Assembly: GCA_963819815.1 (NCBI GenBank)
Contig: CAWFXL010000001.1
Span: 928,001-992,000 of the forward strand
Length of the DNA: 64,000 nt
Source: an uncultured bacterium
GTDB lineage: Bacteria; Babelota; Babeliae; Babelales; Babelaceae
Reading direction: 5' to 3'
Shown here: positions 1 to 8,557 of the stretch, piece after piece
Layout of the letters: each line of letters begins with the position of its first letter
Position numbering within the stretch: the stretch's first letter is position 1
Notes under the pieces: generated by a model
The model's database searches: none
What the model was told of the DNA's origin: nothing
Seen by the model: the letters and a program-made list of their open reading frames with translations, nothing else
Translations under genes and position numbers: made by a program

Positions 1-1
1 T

Positions 2-622
2 ATACAAGAACTGTATTCTATAGAAAATCGTGCTGCTTTTTTAAAGTTTATGAGATTAGTATTGGCCGAAAGCGGCGGAATTTTTGAAGCAACTCGTTTT
101 GCCAACATGTGTGATGTCAGCAGACCTACGATTGGAAAATATGTGGACGCTGCAGAACAAACGCTTACAGCTCGGTTGATATCGCCCTTTAGTTCACATG
201 CATCATATGAAATAACAAGAGCTCCAAAAATCTACTGTTTTGATACAGGTTTTCTATGCTTTGCTAAAGGCTGGAACATTCTGCGTTCAGTTGATTACGA
301 TGTTCTTTGGGAACATCTTGTGTTAAATGACCTTATCGGCAGGCTACAGCACTTTCCCATAAAATATTGGCGTGATAAATCTGGCCATGAGATAGATTTC
401 ATTATAGGGGATTATGGCACAAGCGAACCGGTAGTAATCGAATGCAAATGGAACTCTGCTCACTTTGAGGCAAAAAATATCCAAGCATTTCGAAAACGAT
501 ATCCTCATGGCAAGAATTTTGTTGTTGCCCGTACTATTGGAGAATCATTCACAAGAAAATTTGATACGTTGGATATCACTTTCGTCTCTCTTGAGGAATT
601 ACCAAAACTAATAAGGTCATAG
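2..622 (+). CDS. AAA+ ATPase / DUF4143 domain protein, 5'-truncated by the window edge
   Basis: Frame is open from position 2 (IQELYSIENRAAFLKFMR...). KIYCFDTG, WEHLV, YWRDKSGHEIDFII and IECK motifs are typical of the DUF4143 C-terminal PD-(D/E)XK-like domain. Confidence 0.8.
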   Translation: MQELYSIENRAAFLKFMRLVLAESGGIFEATRFANMCDVSRPTIGKYVDAAEQTLTARLISPFSSHASYEITRAPKIYCFDTGFLCFAKGWNILRSVDYDVLWEHLVLNDLIGRLQHFPIKYWRDKSGHEIDFIIGDYGTSEPVVIECKWNSAHFEAKNIQAFRKRYPHGKNFVVARTIGESFTRKFDTLDITFVSLEELPKLIRS

Positions 623-698
623 ACCGTGGAAATTGGGCCTTGCTTGCCCTCAAGATCATTAGATGTACAAGCAAAGTTTCGTATAGTCGTACAACCGC

Positions 699-1271
699 CT
701 AATCCAATAAAACCTTCTGTACCTGCATATACGTTTGTACCTGATGCTGCTTCCAAAGCCTCATGACTTCGGTACGTGATAAGTCACTGCGCTGCCCTAC
801 AAAATTCAAAAAAGCCCATTCTTTCTTCAAAGGACGCTGCAATTGCCCTTCTGTCTGCCACCATACCGCAAATTCACCATACGTTGGAGGTTTACCCTGA
901 GCCCACCGCTCATGCATCCAATCGTTCCCTGCAGCAGTAAAATGGAACCTATCGCCAACCAGCTTCTTCATAAAAAGACGTGTCTTAAGATCATTCTTAT
1001 AACGGCCAAAAAGAATAAGAGCATCACGGCTCAATTCAGCCTTTTCACCCTTCTGAGCACAGGAGCCGGCAGGAAAAGCCTGGGGTTGTAACTCAACGCC
1101 CGTCAGCAGGTACTGCTTCAAACTTTCAATAAGAAAAACTTTTTTTCCCGTATCGATAAGCCCAAAGTACTTACATACAGTACGTAGCTGACCCATCGTC
1201 AAGACATAGAACGACTCAAAGAGTGCATCACGCTCCTGTGAAGAAAGATGCTTAATCTGAGGATGTATCAT
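699..1271 (-). CDS. Hypothetical protein, SAP-like N-terminus plus DUF6434-like domain
   Basis: LTMGQLRTVCKYFGLIDTGKKVFLIESL resembles a SAP motif. RFHFTAAGNDWM...PTYGEF resembles the domain found with SAP in such proteins. Recognised from memory only. Confidence 0.55.
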   Translation of the reverse strand: MIHPQIKHLSSQERDALFESFYVLTMGQLRTVCKYFGLIDTGKKVFLIESLKQYLLTGVELQPQAFPAGSCAQKGEKAELSRDALILFGRYKNDLKTRLFMKKLVGDRFHFTAAGNDWMHERWAQGKPPTYGEFAVWWQTEGQLQRPLKKEWAFLNFVGQRSDLSRTEVMRLWKQHQVQTYMQVQKVLLD

Positions 1272-1288
1272 ATCTTTCTCTCTATGAA

Positions 1289-1319
1289 AGAAGCGAACCG
1301 ATCATCTCAGTTCGCTTCT
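1289..1319 (-). terminator. Probable intrinsic terminator of rpsF-rpsR
   Basis: Inverted repeat AGAAGCGAAC (1289-1298) / GTTCGCTTCT (1310-1319) about 20 nt after the rpsR stop; the U tract on the minus strand is short. Confidence 0.55.
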
Positions 1320-1340
1320 GTATACATCTGCTGCTAACTC

Positions 1341-1613
1341 TTACTGGGCCGTATAAGGCAAAAGTGCCATAATACGAGAATTCTTTATCTCGCTAGCTAA
1401 CTGACGCTGATGACCAGCACAGTTTCCGGAAATGCGAGATGCGAGTATCTTACCACGTTCTGTAATAAAGCTTCGTAATAAGTAGGAGTTTTTGTAATCA
1501 AGTGATGACGCATTGGCATCATTGGCGCAAAAACGACAGTGTTTTTTGCCTTGGAACCCACTACGACGACGTTTTTTCTTCTGTAGCGTTTTGCTACTAA
1601 TTCTCATTTTCAT
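1341..1613 (-). CDS. rpsR: 30S ribosomal protein S18
   Basis: CRFC...LDYKN...[22 protein letters not shown]...IMALLPY is the S18 signature (zinc-binding type). Confidence 0.97.
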   Translation of the reverse strand: MKMRISSKTLQKKKRRRSGFQGKKHCRFCANDANASSLDYKNSYLLRSFITERGKILASRISGNCAGHQRQLASEIKNSRIMALLPYTAQ

Positions 1614-1624
1614 ACAAACCCCGC

Positions 1625-2071
1625 TTAATCTAAATTATCATCTTGAAACATATCAGCACCACCACGATCACGTCGAAGAATATTTTTAGATTCTTTCATA
1701 ATCGTATCGATATCTTTAGAAGGAGCTTCCTCTAAAGATTCAGGACGCTTGTATTCGAGTGAATGCTTAGCAGGTAGACTCTTGAGCACGCTCCTCATTA
1801 TGAGTTCGCCGTATTTAACACCATACAGCTTTTTAAGCTCTGCCAATACTTCATCTTTACGATCATCCCCTACCTCAAATCGCATGAGATAGTAGACACC
1901 ATAGTCGTTGCGACGAATTGGATAAGCGAGCTGGTATTTACCCCAGCGCTCAAACGAGATAATTGACCCTTTGGATTCGGTTACCGCCTTTGACAGTGTC
2001 TTTTCAAGACTACCCGCCTCATCGGTGGTAATCTCAGGGACGGTAATAAAGAGAGATTCATATCGAAGCAT
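1625..2071 (-). CDS. rpsF: 30S ribosomal protein S6
   Basis: [19 protein letters not shown] and GVYYLMRF motifs; adjacent to rpsR; GAAAGGG SD. Confidence 0.95.
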   Translation of the reverse strand: MLRYESLFITVPEITTDEAGSLEKTLSKAVTESKGSIISFERWGKYQLAYPIRRNDYGVYYLMRFEVGDDRKDEVLAELKKLYGVKYGELIMRSVLKSLPAKHSLEYKRPESLEEAPSKDIDTIMKESKNILRRDRGGADMFQDDNLD

Positions 2072-2073
2072 TT

Positions 2074-2152
2074 AAGCCCTTTCTACTAACTGGAAGTTCT
2101 GCCTTGCGGCACACTAGAGGGCAACGTACATCGTTGCCCTCTTTAGTAGTGT
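2074..2152 (-). promoter_or_regulatory. Structured rpsF leader (hairpins; candidate S6:S18 autoregulatory leader, or terminator of the upstream gene)
   Basis: 11-bp perfect stem AGAGGGCAACG (2116-2126) / CGTTGCCCTCT (2132-2142), a TGCC-GCAA-GGCA tetraloop hairpin on the minus strand, and GCCCT complementary to the AGGGC at the SD. Confidence 0.45.
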
Positions 2153-2187
2153 TGTATTCATGTAATAAGTATAGAGATACTTACTGA

Positions 2188-2859
2188 TTAATCAAGTCTT
2201 TGGTGACGACCAACGACGCGTCCAATGATTCTGAAATGATCTTTACCACGGACTAATGCAATCGGACGAGTTTTATGGTTAACTGCTTCGAGAACCACAA
2301 AATCTTCCGTATAGGTAACTTGCATGATCGCCTTAATAGGTGTCTCATTACCATACTCTACCGCTGCAATATCGCCTGAGCGAGTCCACACATCGGGAGA
2401 GATAATGAGCAAATCGCTCTTTTCAAACGTAGGAGCCAATTGGTTACTACCTAATGAAAGAGCGAACATAGATCCATCACTTGAATTTAAAGTAGGTACA
2501 AAGACATCTTTAAACCCAGTTGTAAGCTGCATAAGCTGATTATTATAGGGCGAAGGATTTGAAGGAATATCTCCAACAACCGGCACTATATGTACTTTCA
2601 ATTGTATATCTGATTTCTCAGGCATACTTACATTATTATCGATATCATCAGTACGTTTTCGGCGCTGTGCAAAAAGATCCAATGGGCTAATCTCAAAAGC
2701 ATTAGCCAATTTTCTGAGCGAATCTTCGTTCCAACGACGCGTACCATTCTTGATATGCGTTAGATAGCTTTCAGACATCCCGGTTTTTTCTGCTAAAACC
2801 TTGGTTGTCCAGCCCTTTTCGCGAAGCAACTCTTTTACACGGAGTGCTGTTGAAGACAT
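2188..2859 (-). CDS. XRE-family HTH transcriptional regulator with C-terminal S24 (LexA/CI-like) domain, catalytic residues apparently lost
   Basis: N-terminal RVKELLREKGWTTKVLAEKTGMSESYLTHIKNG is an HTH_3. The C-terminal VPVVG...FALSL...DLLII...GDIAAV...IIGRVV follows the S24 fold. Confidence 0.85.
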   Translation of the reverse strand: MSSTALRVKELLREKGWTTKVLAEKTGMSESYLTHIKNGTRRWNEDSLRKLANAFEISPLDLFAQRRKRTDDIDNNVSMPEKSDIQLKVHIVPVVGDIPSNPSPYNNQLMQLTTGFKDVFVPTLNSSDGSMFALSLGSNQLAPTFEKSDLLIISPDVWTRSGDIAAVEYGNETPIKAIMQVTYTEDFVVLEAVNHKTRPIALVRGKDHFRIIGRVVGRHQRLD

Positions 2860-2918
2860 AATAACTCCTTCCCTTACATGGAATATGGTTGTTTTGGTGT
2901 TAACACTGCTTACTTAAC

Positions 2919-2946
2919 AGTGTAACTTACGATTTATACCTGTCAA
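2919..2946 (-). promoter_or_regulatory. Sigma70-type promoter of the XRE regulator (TTGACA-N16-TACACT)
   Basis: Minus strand: TTGACA at 2946-2941 and TACACT at 2924-2919. The -10 overlaps the inverted repeat ACACTG-N9-CAGTGT (2903-2923). Confidence 0.55.
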
Positions 2947-3358
2947 ATGGAAACTAACTTCTTTTCAAAAATAGTATTCCACACTACCCTTTCTACAAAC
3001 TGCCTCAAGGTTCCCATCATAATAATGACGTGAACTCTGCTATTAGCAGCATCTACAAGAACATCTGTACGAGTCAAAGGGTCTTAGAGCCTATCGATTC
3101 TAGGTAACCCATGTATCATTTCATCACAAAGATTAAGGGTTCTTTGACATTTATAAACAATTCTACCAGTAAAAAAATCATTTGACAATAAGAAAAGATA
3201 GTTCTGCAGAAACTCTCTTCAATACCTTGAAATAGGCGCATTCTCAACGATAAAAGGCCACCCCTATAGGGATGGCACCAGCAATGCTGTTTGCACCAAA
3301 CACCTTGCCGATGCTTAAAAAACTGGTAGTCTTATAGCATACTTTACTGAAAGGATTT

Positions 3359-4000
3359 TTGGTGAATGCCTCACAATTAAAAGATCTCCATTCTACTGGT
3401 CCCTCAACTCCCTTTGCAGAAATTATCGAAAGCTCACTACACACCTGGCGAGCTCAATGCTGGGACGGGGAAATAATCCCTGCTCACGGGTCTATTCTTA
3501 CGGCCACCTCAGGCTCACGAACAATCTTTGGCATTGTACATGCAAGCAGTATAGGCTCACTCGATCAACAGAGAACCGTCTACGCTTATAAAAAAAGTGA
3601 AGCGCAGCTCAAGCAGGACCATCCTCATATATTTGAGTTTCTCACCTCCACCTTTGAATGTCTTACCCTTGGTTATGTAGAAGGCACGTCGATGCGCTAC
3701 CAACTAGCTCCTACGCCACCGAAAATTCATGCATTTGTCAGCGCCCCTGACCAACAGAGTCTTAAGCTCTTTTTTGCACAGGATCACTATTTACACACCC
3801 TTTTTTCCCATGAAAACCAGATCTTTGCCTTAGATGACCTTATATTAGCACTCATCGAACAGCTTGCGCACTCAAATACTCTTACTCCAGATCGCTTGAG
3901 AAGGTTTATGCAAACCTTTTCTCTCTTAACTGCCAATGATTACCGACGGCTTAAACTCTTTTTACAAAGGGCCCAACCGCTTTTAGCAGCTCAGGAGTAA
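3359..4000 (+). CDS. HAS-barrel domain-like protein
   Basis: FAEIIESS...AQC...GS...FGIV...QLKQDHPHIFEFL...PPKIH pattern resembles stand-alone HAS-barrel proteins. The start may be the GTG at 3362 after the AAAGGA SD. Confidence 0.6.
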   Translation: MVNASQLKDLHSTGPSTPFAEIIESSLHTWRAQCWDGEIIPAHGSILTATSGSRTIFGIVHASSIGSLDQQRTVYAYKKSEAQLKQDHPHIFEFLTSTFECLTLGYVEGTSMRYQLAPTPPKIHAFVSAPDQQSLKLFFAQDHYLHTLFSHENQIFALDDLILALIEQLAHSNTLTPDRLRRFMQTFSLLTANDYRRLKLFLQRAQPLLAAQE

Positions 4001-4004
4001 CCAA

Positions 4005-4895
4005 GTGCTGAGTCGTATAAAAAAAGCATTTTCTACGATCTATGAACAGATAACGGGCAAGCTACGTACTCTTTTTCATCGTTCCCATATTGATGAACAA
4101 ACGCTTACCGAGCTTGAGCGCATTTTAATTGAAGCTGACACGGGGATCCATACGACTAGGACCATCCTCAATGAACTGCGCAAGGAAGCCTCTCAGGGTA
4201 CCCTACAAGATGGCGCTGATCTTGAAAACGCACTCCAGGTTCACCTTGCAAGCATCCTTGCTCAGCGTTCCTATGACGATCAGGCCGATGTCTATCTTCT
4301 TGTCGGCATTAATGGGAGCGGCAAAACAACATTCGCCTCTAAGCTCGCTAACCAGCTTCAAAGCAGTGGCAAAAAGGTGCTCCTTGTTGCGGCAGATACC
4401 TTCCGCGCAGCGGCCACTGAGCAACTTCAAACCTGGGGCAGTCAACTAGGCATAGACCTCATCACCGGCAAAGCAGAACAAGATCCAGCCTCCGTCGTGT
4501 TTGCAGGATGTGAGGCCTTTAAGCAAGGCGATTACCAAGTGCTCATTATAGACACTGCCGGGCGCTTACAAACGAAAATCAATCTTATGAAAGAGCTTGA
4601 GAAGATCCGCAAAATCATCTCAAAGCAGCTTCCGCAGGCAAAAGTCGCCACACTCCTTACAATCGACTCGATGCTTGGCCAAAATTCATTCGACCAGGCA
4701 AAACTTTTTAAAGAAAGCACCGATGTAAACGGTATTGTGCTTACCAAAATGGATGGTACGGGTAAAGGCGGCATCGTATTTTCTATTGTGCAGCAGCTTG
4801 AGATACCGATCGCCTACATCTCCTTTGGAGAAAAGGTTGACCAAATAGCACTCTTTGATCGAGATGCATACCTTAAAGAGCTACTTGGCTCGTAG
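4005..4895 (+). CDS. ftsY: Signal recognition particle receptor FtsY
   Basis: GINGSGKTT, DTFRAAA, DTAGRLQ and TKMDGTGKGG SRP-GTPase motifs; NG domain only. Confidence 0.96.
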   Translation: MLSRIKKAFSTIYEQITGKLRTLFHRSHIDEQTLTELERILIEADTGIHTTRTILNELRKEASQGTLQDGADLENALQVHLASILAQRSYDDQADVYLLVGINGSGKTTFASKLANQLQSSGKKVLLVAADTFRAAATEQLQTWGSQLGIDLITGKAEQDPASVVFAGCEAFKQGDYQVLIIDTAGRLQTKINLMKELEKIRKIISKQLPQAKVATLLTIDSMLGQNSFDQAKLFKESTDVNGIVLTKMDGTGKGGIVFSIVQQLEIPIAYISFGEKVDQIALFDRDAYLKELLGS

Positions 4896-5061
4896 TTAGC
4901 AAAAAAAAAACAATCCACAACATTCAAGAACGTTTAAATTTGTCGAACCAATTCCATATAAGCATCTTTCAATAGTATAATTTCTTCATATACCCCATCT
5001 ATCTAAACATCATACCATCAAGCAGGTCCAGAATTTCCTTTTATACCTGCAACCTATCCCT

Positions 5062-5090
5062 TTGACAAGAGGAGGATTTTTCACTAAACT
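5062..5090 (+). promoter_or_regulatory. Sigma70-type promoter (TTGACA-N17-TAAACT)
   Basis: TTGACA at 5062-5067 and TAAACT at 5085-5090, upstream of the 5194 gene. Confidence 0.55.
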
Positions 5091-5193
5091 TACAAATAGA
5101 GTTAATATAAGTGAAAAATACTATTTTAAATACTCCGCTGCAGCCTCGACGTTCGTGAAATGAATCCAGAGGTACAGTATGAAAGGAATCATT

Positions 5194-6405
5194 ATGAAAC
5201 GATATATACTCGCCCTCATGGTATTGGGCACGCTTTCATCAGTTGCGGCATCGCAGAGAGCAGTACCTGCTAAAAAACCGATTCGAAAAGCGAATGGCCA
5301 CAAAGAGCCTGTTAGACCGAACTTTTTTGAAAAGTACATTGATATGGGCGACCTTATCATCAGTATGGGCCGCTTATACAAAAATAAGAAAAGAGACACT
5401 GCATCTATATCGATAGCATGCCTTGAGGCATTAAGCATCGAAGAACTGCCTATAACCCTTAAATCAGGTAGGGAAACGATAATCGGTGAATTTTTTGATG
5501 GAGATAAGCTCAAAGAAGGTCTCAAGTTTTTCCTCACCAAATGGTTTGCTGGAGCTTTGAAAAGAAGGCACATAGCAGAAACACTCGAAAGCATCCAAGC
5601 CAGCTTAAAACTAGAAGCTGTTCAGAGTGAATTGGATGAAGACTGGATCAATGTTGATGAAAGCCTTAAGACACTCATTGCCTATTTTGATGGAGATGAA
5701 GGTGGCAGCATTGAAGATGCTATTGATCTTGAAGAGATACCTTTCTTTGGTGCCATAATAAGAGATTATATTCTTACCGATAAGTTAATCGAGGCACTCG
5801 ATAAAGCTCTTAAAGGTGAAAAGCTTACTAAAAGCGTACTCCTTGATTGCCTTGATATAGAACAGATCGCTGAGCGAAATGGCTATGAAGAAGTTCCCAA
5901 CGCTAATGGTATACGAGAAGCTATCGAACTCTTCTTCTCAATGATGGAAGATGATAAAGATGCTATGTACAAGGTGTTTGATATCCTTGGTAACTATCGT
6001 GAAACTAAGCAAACTGAAGAAGAAGATGATGATCGCCCTGCCCGACGCAGGCTTCCTTCAAATGGTCGTCCACGTGTAATAGCTGATCAAGAAGATGCAG
6101 ATGCTGCCTATGCACGAAGCTTAGCCGACGAAGATGATGAAAGACCTGCACGAGTACGTCCTGGGGCATCAACTCAAAGACGTGTGCCAGCGGCATCTTC
6201 ATCAACAGCCCGACAACGTCCTGTAGCACCGCAGGCAAGACCTGCTGCATCAGCGACAAGACGAGTGCCAGCAACACCGGCAAGGCCAGCAGCTCCAGTA
6301 AGACAGCAAGGTTCATCTCGAGCTGTTATCGCACGTCAGGAAGCTGCGGATGCTGCGCTTGCACGAAGACTGCAAGAAGAGTGGAACAGCGAAGAAGAGA
6401 ACTAA
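5194..6405 (+). CDS. Secreted hypothetical protein with acidic core, Pro/Ala/Arg-rich linker and two MIU-like helices
   Basis: Signal peptide MKRYILALMVLGTLSSVAA after an AAAGGA SD (alternative start 5179). C-terminal DAAYARSLADE and DAALARRLQEE. Confidence 0.8.
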   Translation: MKRYILALMVLGTLSSVAASQRAVPAKKPIRKANGHKEPVRPNFFEKYIDMGDLIISMGRLYKNKKRDTASISIACLEALSIEELPITLKSGRETIIGEFFDGDKLKEGLKFFLTKWFAGALKRRHIAETLESIQASLKLEAVQSELDEDWINVDESLKTLIAYFDGDEGGSIEDAIDLEEIPFFGAIIRDYILTDKLIEALDKALKGEKLTKSVLLDCLDIEQIAERNGYEEVPNANGIREAIELFFSMMEDDKDAMYKVFDILGNYRETKQTEEEDDDRPARRRLPSNGRPRVIADQEDADAAYARSLADEDDERPARVRPGASTQRRVPAASSSTARQRPVAPQARPAASATRRVPATPARPAAPVRQQGSSRAVIARQEAADAALARRLQEEWNSEEEN

Positions 6406-6429
6406 CTTTTCCACAAGCAGGACTCACTC

Positions 6430-8376
6430 ATGAAACATATGTATCTCGTAGTAAGTGTACTTTGTGCACTTACTACAGGTGCGAGCAGCACACTGCTCGC
6501 CGCTCAACAAGCATCATCTTCGGAAAACTCGTGTGTCGAGATCAAAGATCTTGTCTTTGAACTAGGTGCTATCCTCTATAAAGGAAAGCTTGATAAGAAA
6601 GGGCTTGAACACCTTGTAGCTTGCTTTCACAAAGATAAGATAGCTGAGCTTTTTTCACTCTCACCCGATGCGTTTGAGCGACTCATAGATACCAAGAGCC
6701 TCCTTGAGTATTGTAACCTCGTGCTTGAAAAATCATATACTCATCAAGCACGTGAAAAAAAAGCACTCGCTCTAAAAAGATCTTTTCATCTAGAGGCCTG
6801 GGAAGAGGAGCTCGAATGTGAGAACCTACGACCTTTTTTTAATAACCTCACGAAGCTGATCTACTTTTCAGGAACTCAGCACGAGAAAGAAGATCTTATA
6901 AGAAAGCTTAGACGTGCAGTAACCGACCTACAATCTCAAAATGAAGATGATGATGAACCAAGAAAGATAGACAAGTACTTTGATCTACAAGCACTCAAAA
7001 GCATTTTTGATGACCTGCTGCGAAAAAAAGAAGTCTCAGAAGATCGTATCGTTTCAGTACTTAACGTAGAGACGGTACTTGAAAACATTTCCGATGGAGA
7101 TGAATCCGTCTTTAAGTACGTACACCTTAAGAACTTCTTAACGTTTATTGTTACGCTTATTGCAGCAGATCTCGCTGAAGAAGATCCTCCGTTAGCTCCA
7201 CTGCTTTCCTGTATGCGCTGGGATACTCTATTTATACAGTTACCTGAGCTCCTAGGTAATAGTCCTCGAGCTTTGCAATCATTATTTTCGATTCCTCATC
7301 TCAAACGGCAGATTGCTCTTTTACAAGAGGGCGCCGTCACTGCGGATGGCCTGAGAACCATATTTAAGAGAAACTTCGTGCTTACCCAAGAGCGCTTAGA
7401 GCTGCTTATTAATTTTGATAAGCTCGCAGATGGGCTTAATGCCTTACGTCACGGAGAACAAGCTCATGAGCTGAAGGATATAATTAATTTCCCTTTATTA
7501 GAGGAGATAGCTGGCATAGACCTACGATCAGCATTTAATACAGAGCTGCCTGAGTCGGTGCACCACAAAAAATTGTCTGAACTTATCGACCATTTCAAGA
7601 ACCCCAAATATCTCTCTGTTGTCGCTTCTGCATTACCTATTCTCTGGCTTGCCGGACATACCTTCTGTCATAATCTCATGGAAACATTAGAGCCACAGCA
7701 GTGGTGGACAGCGGGCCCCCTGCTCGTGGGAGCCATTATGCTCGTCTACCAGGCAACAGTGCACTTTGAAGAGAAACAACGTTTGGGCGCAATAGTCTTA
7801 AAAACAGGTATGGTAAAAGCACATCGAGCACTTGCAAAACTCTTGCCCCAGAAATCTCGAGAAAAAGAGGAGCTCTTAGCACTTGCTCCAAGCGACCCAC
7901 AGAAGGAACCTCTTTATATCGCCTTTATAGACCTTCTTACAGAAGAACACTTACAGACGCTTGAAAAACCTCTGGAGATCACCAACCTGTTTGCTAAACC
8001 CCGTATGTTTGTCGCAAAACATCCTGAGTTCATTGCAAGCATCTGTACCCATGATAAAGAGCATGCTCAAGAACGAATTGAGATCATCTCCACACTCTTA
8101 GAAGGGGTCGTTCCTTTTGCTCGATTGCAGCATAGTGAAGCCATCGAAACCTTTTTTGACCTGCTTAAGCCAGCTGTATTTCGTACCTTGCCGCATACCG
8201 GTTTTGCACAACTAGTCAGGTACTGCCCCCATATAGTACTTGACCTTAATCATAAAGAGTACCCCTTCCTGCAAGAAGCTTCGAAGTTCACCTTAGGTGA
8301 AAAGTCCGTCATTTCGTACTTATACGACGCGCTTGCCCAAGCTCAAGATATTCATGAGATCGATCTCGCTCAATAA
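6430..8376 (+). CDS. Secreted or membrane hypothetical protein, 648 aa
   Basis: Signal peptide MKHMYLVVSVLCALTTGASSTLLA, long helical-looking ORF, and two adjacent hydrophobic segments (YLSVVASALPILWLAG; WWTAGPLLVGAIMLVY). Confidence 0.8.
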   Translation: MKHMYLVVSVLCALTTGASSTLLAAQQASSSENSCVEIKDLVFELGAILYKGKLDKKGLEHLVACFHKDKIAELFSLSPDAFERLIDTKSLLEYCNLVLEKSYTHQAREKKALALKRSFHLEAWEEELECENLRPFFNNLTKLIYFSGTQHEKEDLIRKLRRAVTDLQSQNEDDDEPRKIDKYFDLQALKSIFDDLLRKKEVSEDRIVSVLNVETVLENISDGDESVFKYVHLKNFLTFIVTLIAADLAEEDPPLAPLLSCMRWDTLFIQLPELLGNSPRALQSLFSIPHLKRQIALLQEGAVTADGLRTIFKRNFVLTQERLELLINFDKLADGLNALRHGEQAHELKDIINFPLLEEIAGIDLRSAFNTELPESVHHKKLSELIDHFKNPKYLSVVASALPILWLAGHTFCHNLMETLEPQQWWTAGPLLVGAIMLVYQATVHFEEKQRLGAIVLKTGMVKAHRALAKLLPQKSREKEELLALAPSDPQKEPLYIAFIDLLTEEHLQTLEKPLEITNLFAKPRMFVAKHPEFIASICTHDKEHAQERIEIISTLLEGVVPFARLQHSEAIETFFDLLKPAVFRTLPHTGFAQLVRYCPHIVLDLNHKEYPFLQEASKFTLGEKSVISYLYDALAQAQDIHEIDLAQ

Positions 8377-8472
8377 GGCTCCCCGCTAGATGGATCTCAC
8401 AAGCAGCATACTTCCTCACGTGCCAAAAAAGCGCTGCCTACGCGATTTTCATCTGATTTTTCCACAAAATAA

Positions 8473-8500
8473 TTGACAGTTTGTTAAAATTGTATACACT
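8473..8500 (+). promoter_or_regulatory. Sigma70-type promoter of the ankyrin array, copy 1 (TTGACA-N16-TACACT)
   Basis: TTGACA at 8473-8478 and TACACT at 8495-8500; conserved in a second copy at 16157-16184. Confidence 0.65.
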
Positions 8501-8557
8501 AAGTCGTATATACTTTGACCCAAATTGAAATAATTTTTTTGTTATAGGAGCAATCTC

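Noticed and set aside
2188..2859. Calling this gene lexA or a prophage repressor
   Set aside because: The DNA-binding domain is XRE-type rather than the LexA winged helix, the catalytic and cleavage residues are absent, and there are no phage genes nearby.
4901..4910. Poly-A run after ftsY as a phase-variation tract
   Set aside because: It is intergenic, not within an identified promoter spacer or coding frame, and such runs are common in AT-rich DNA.
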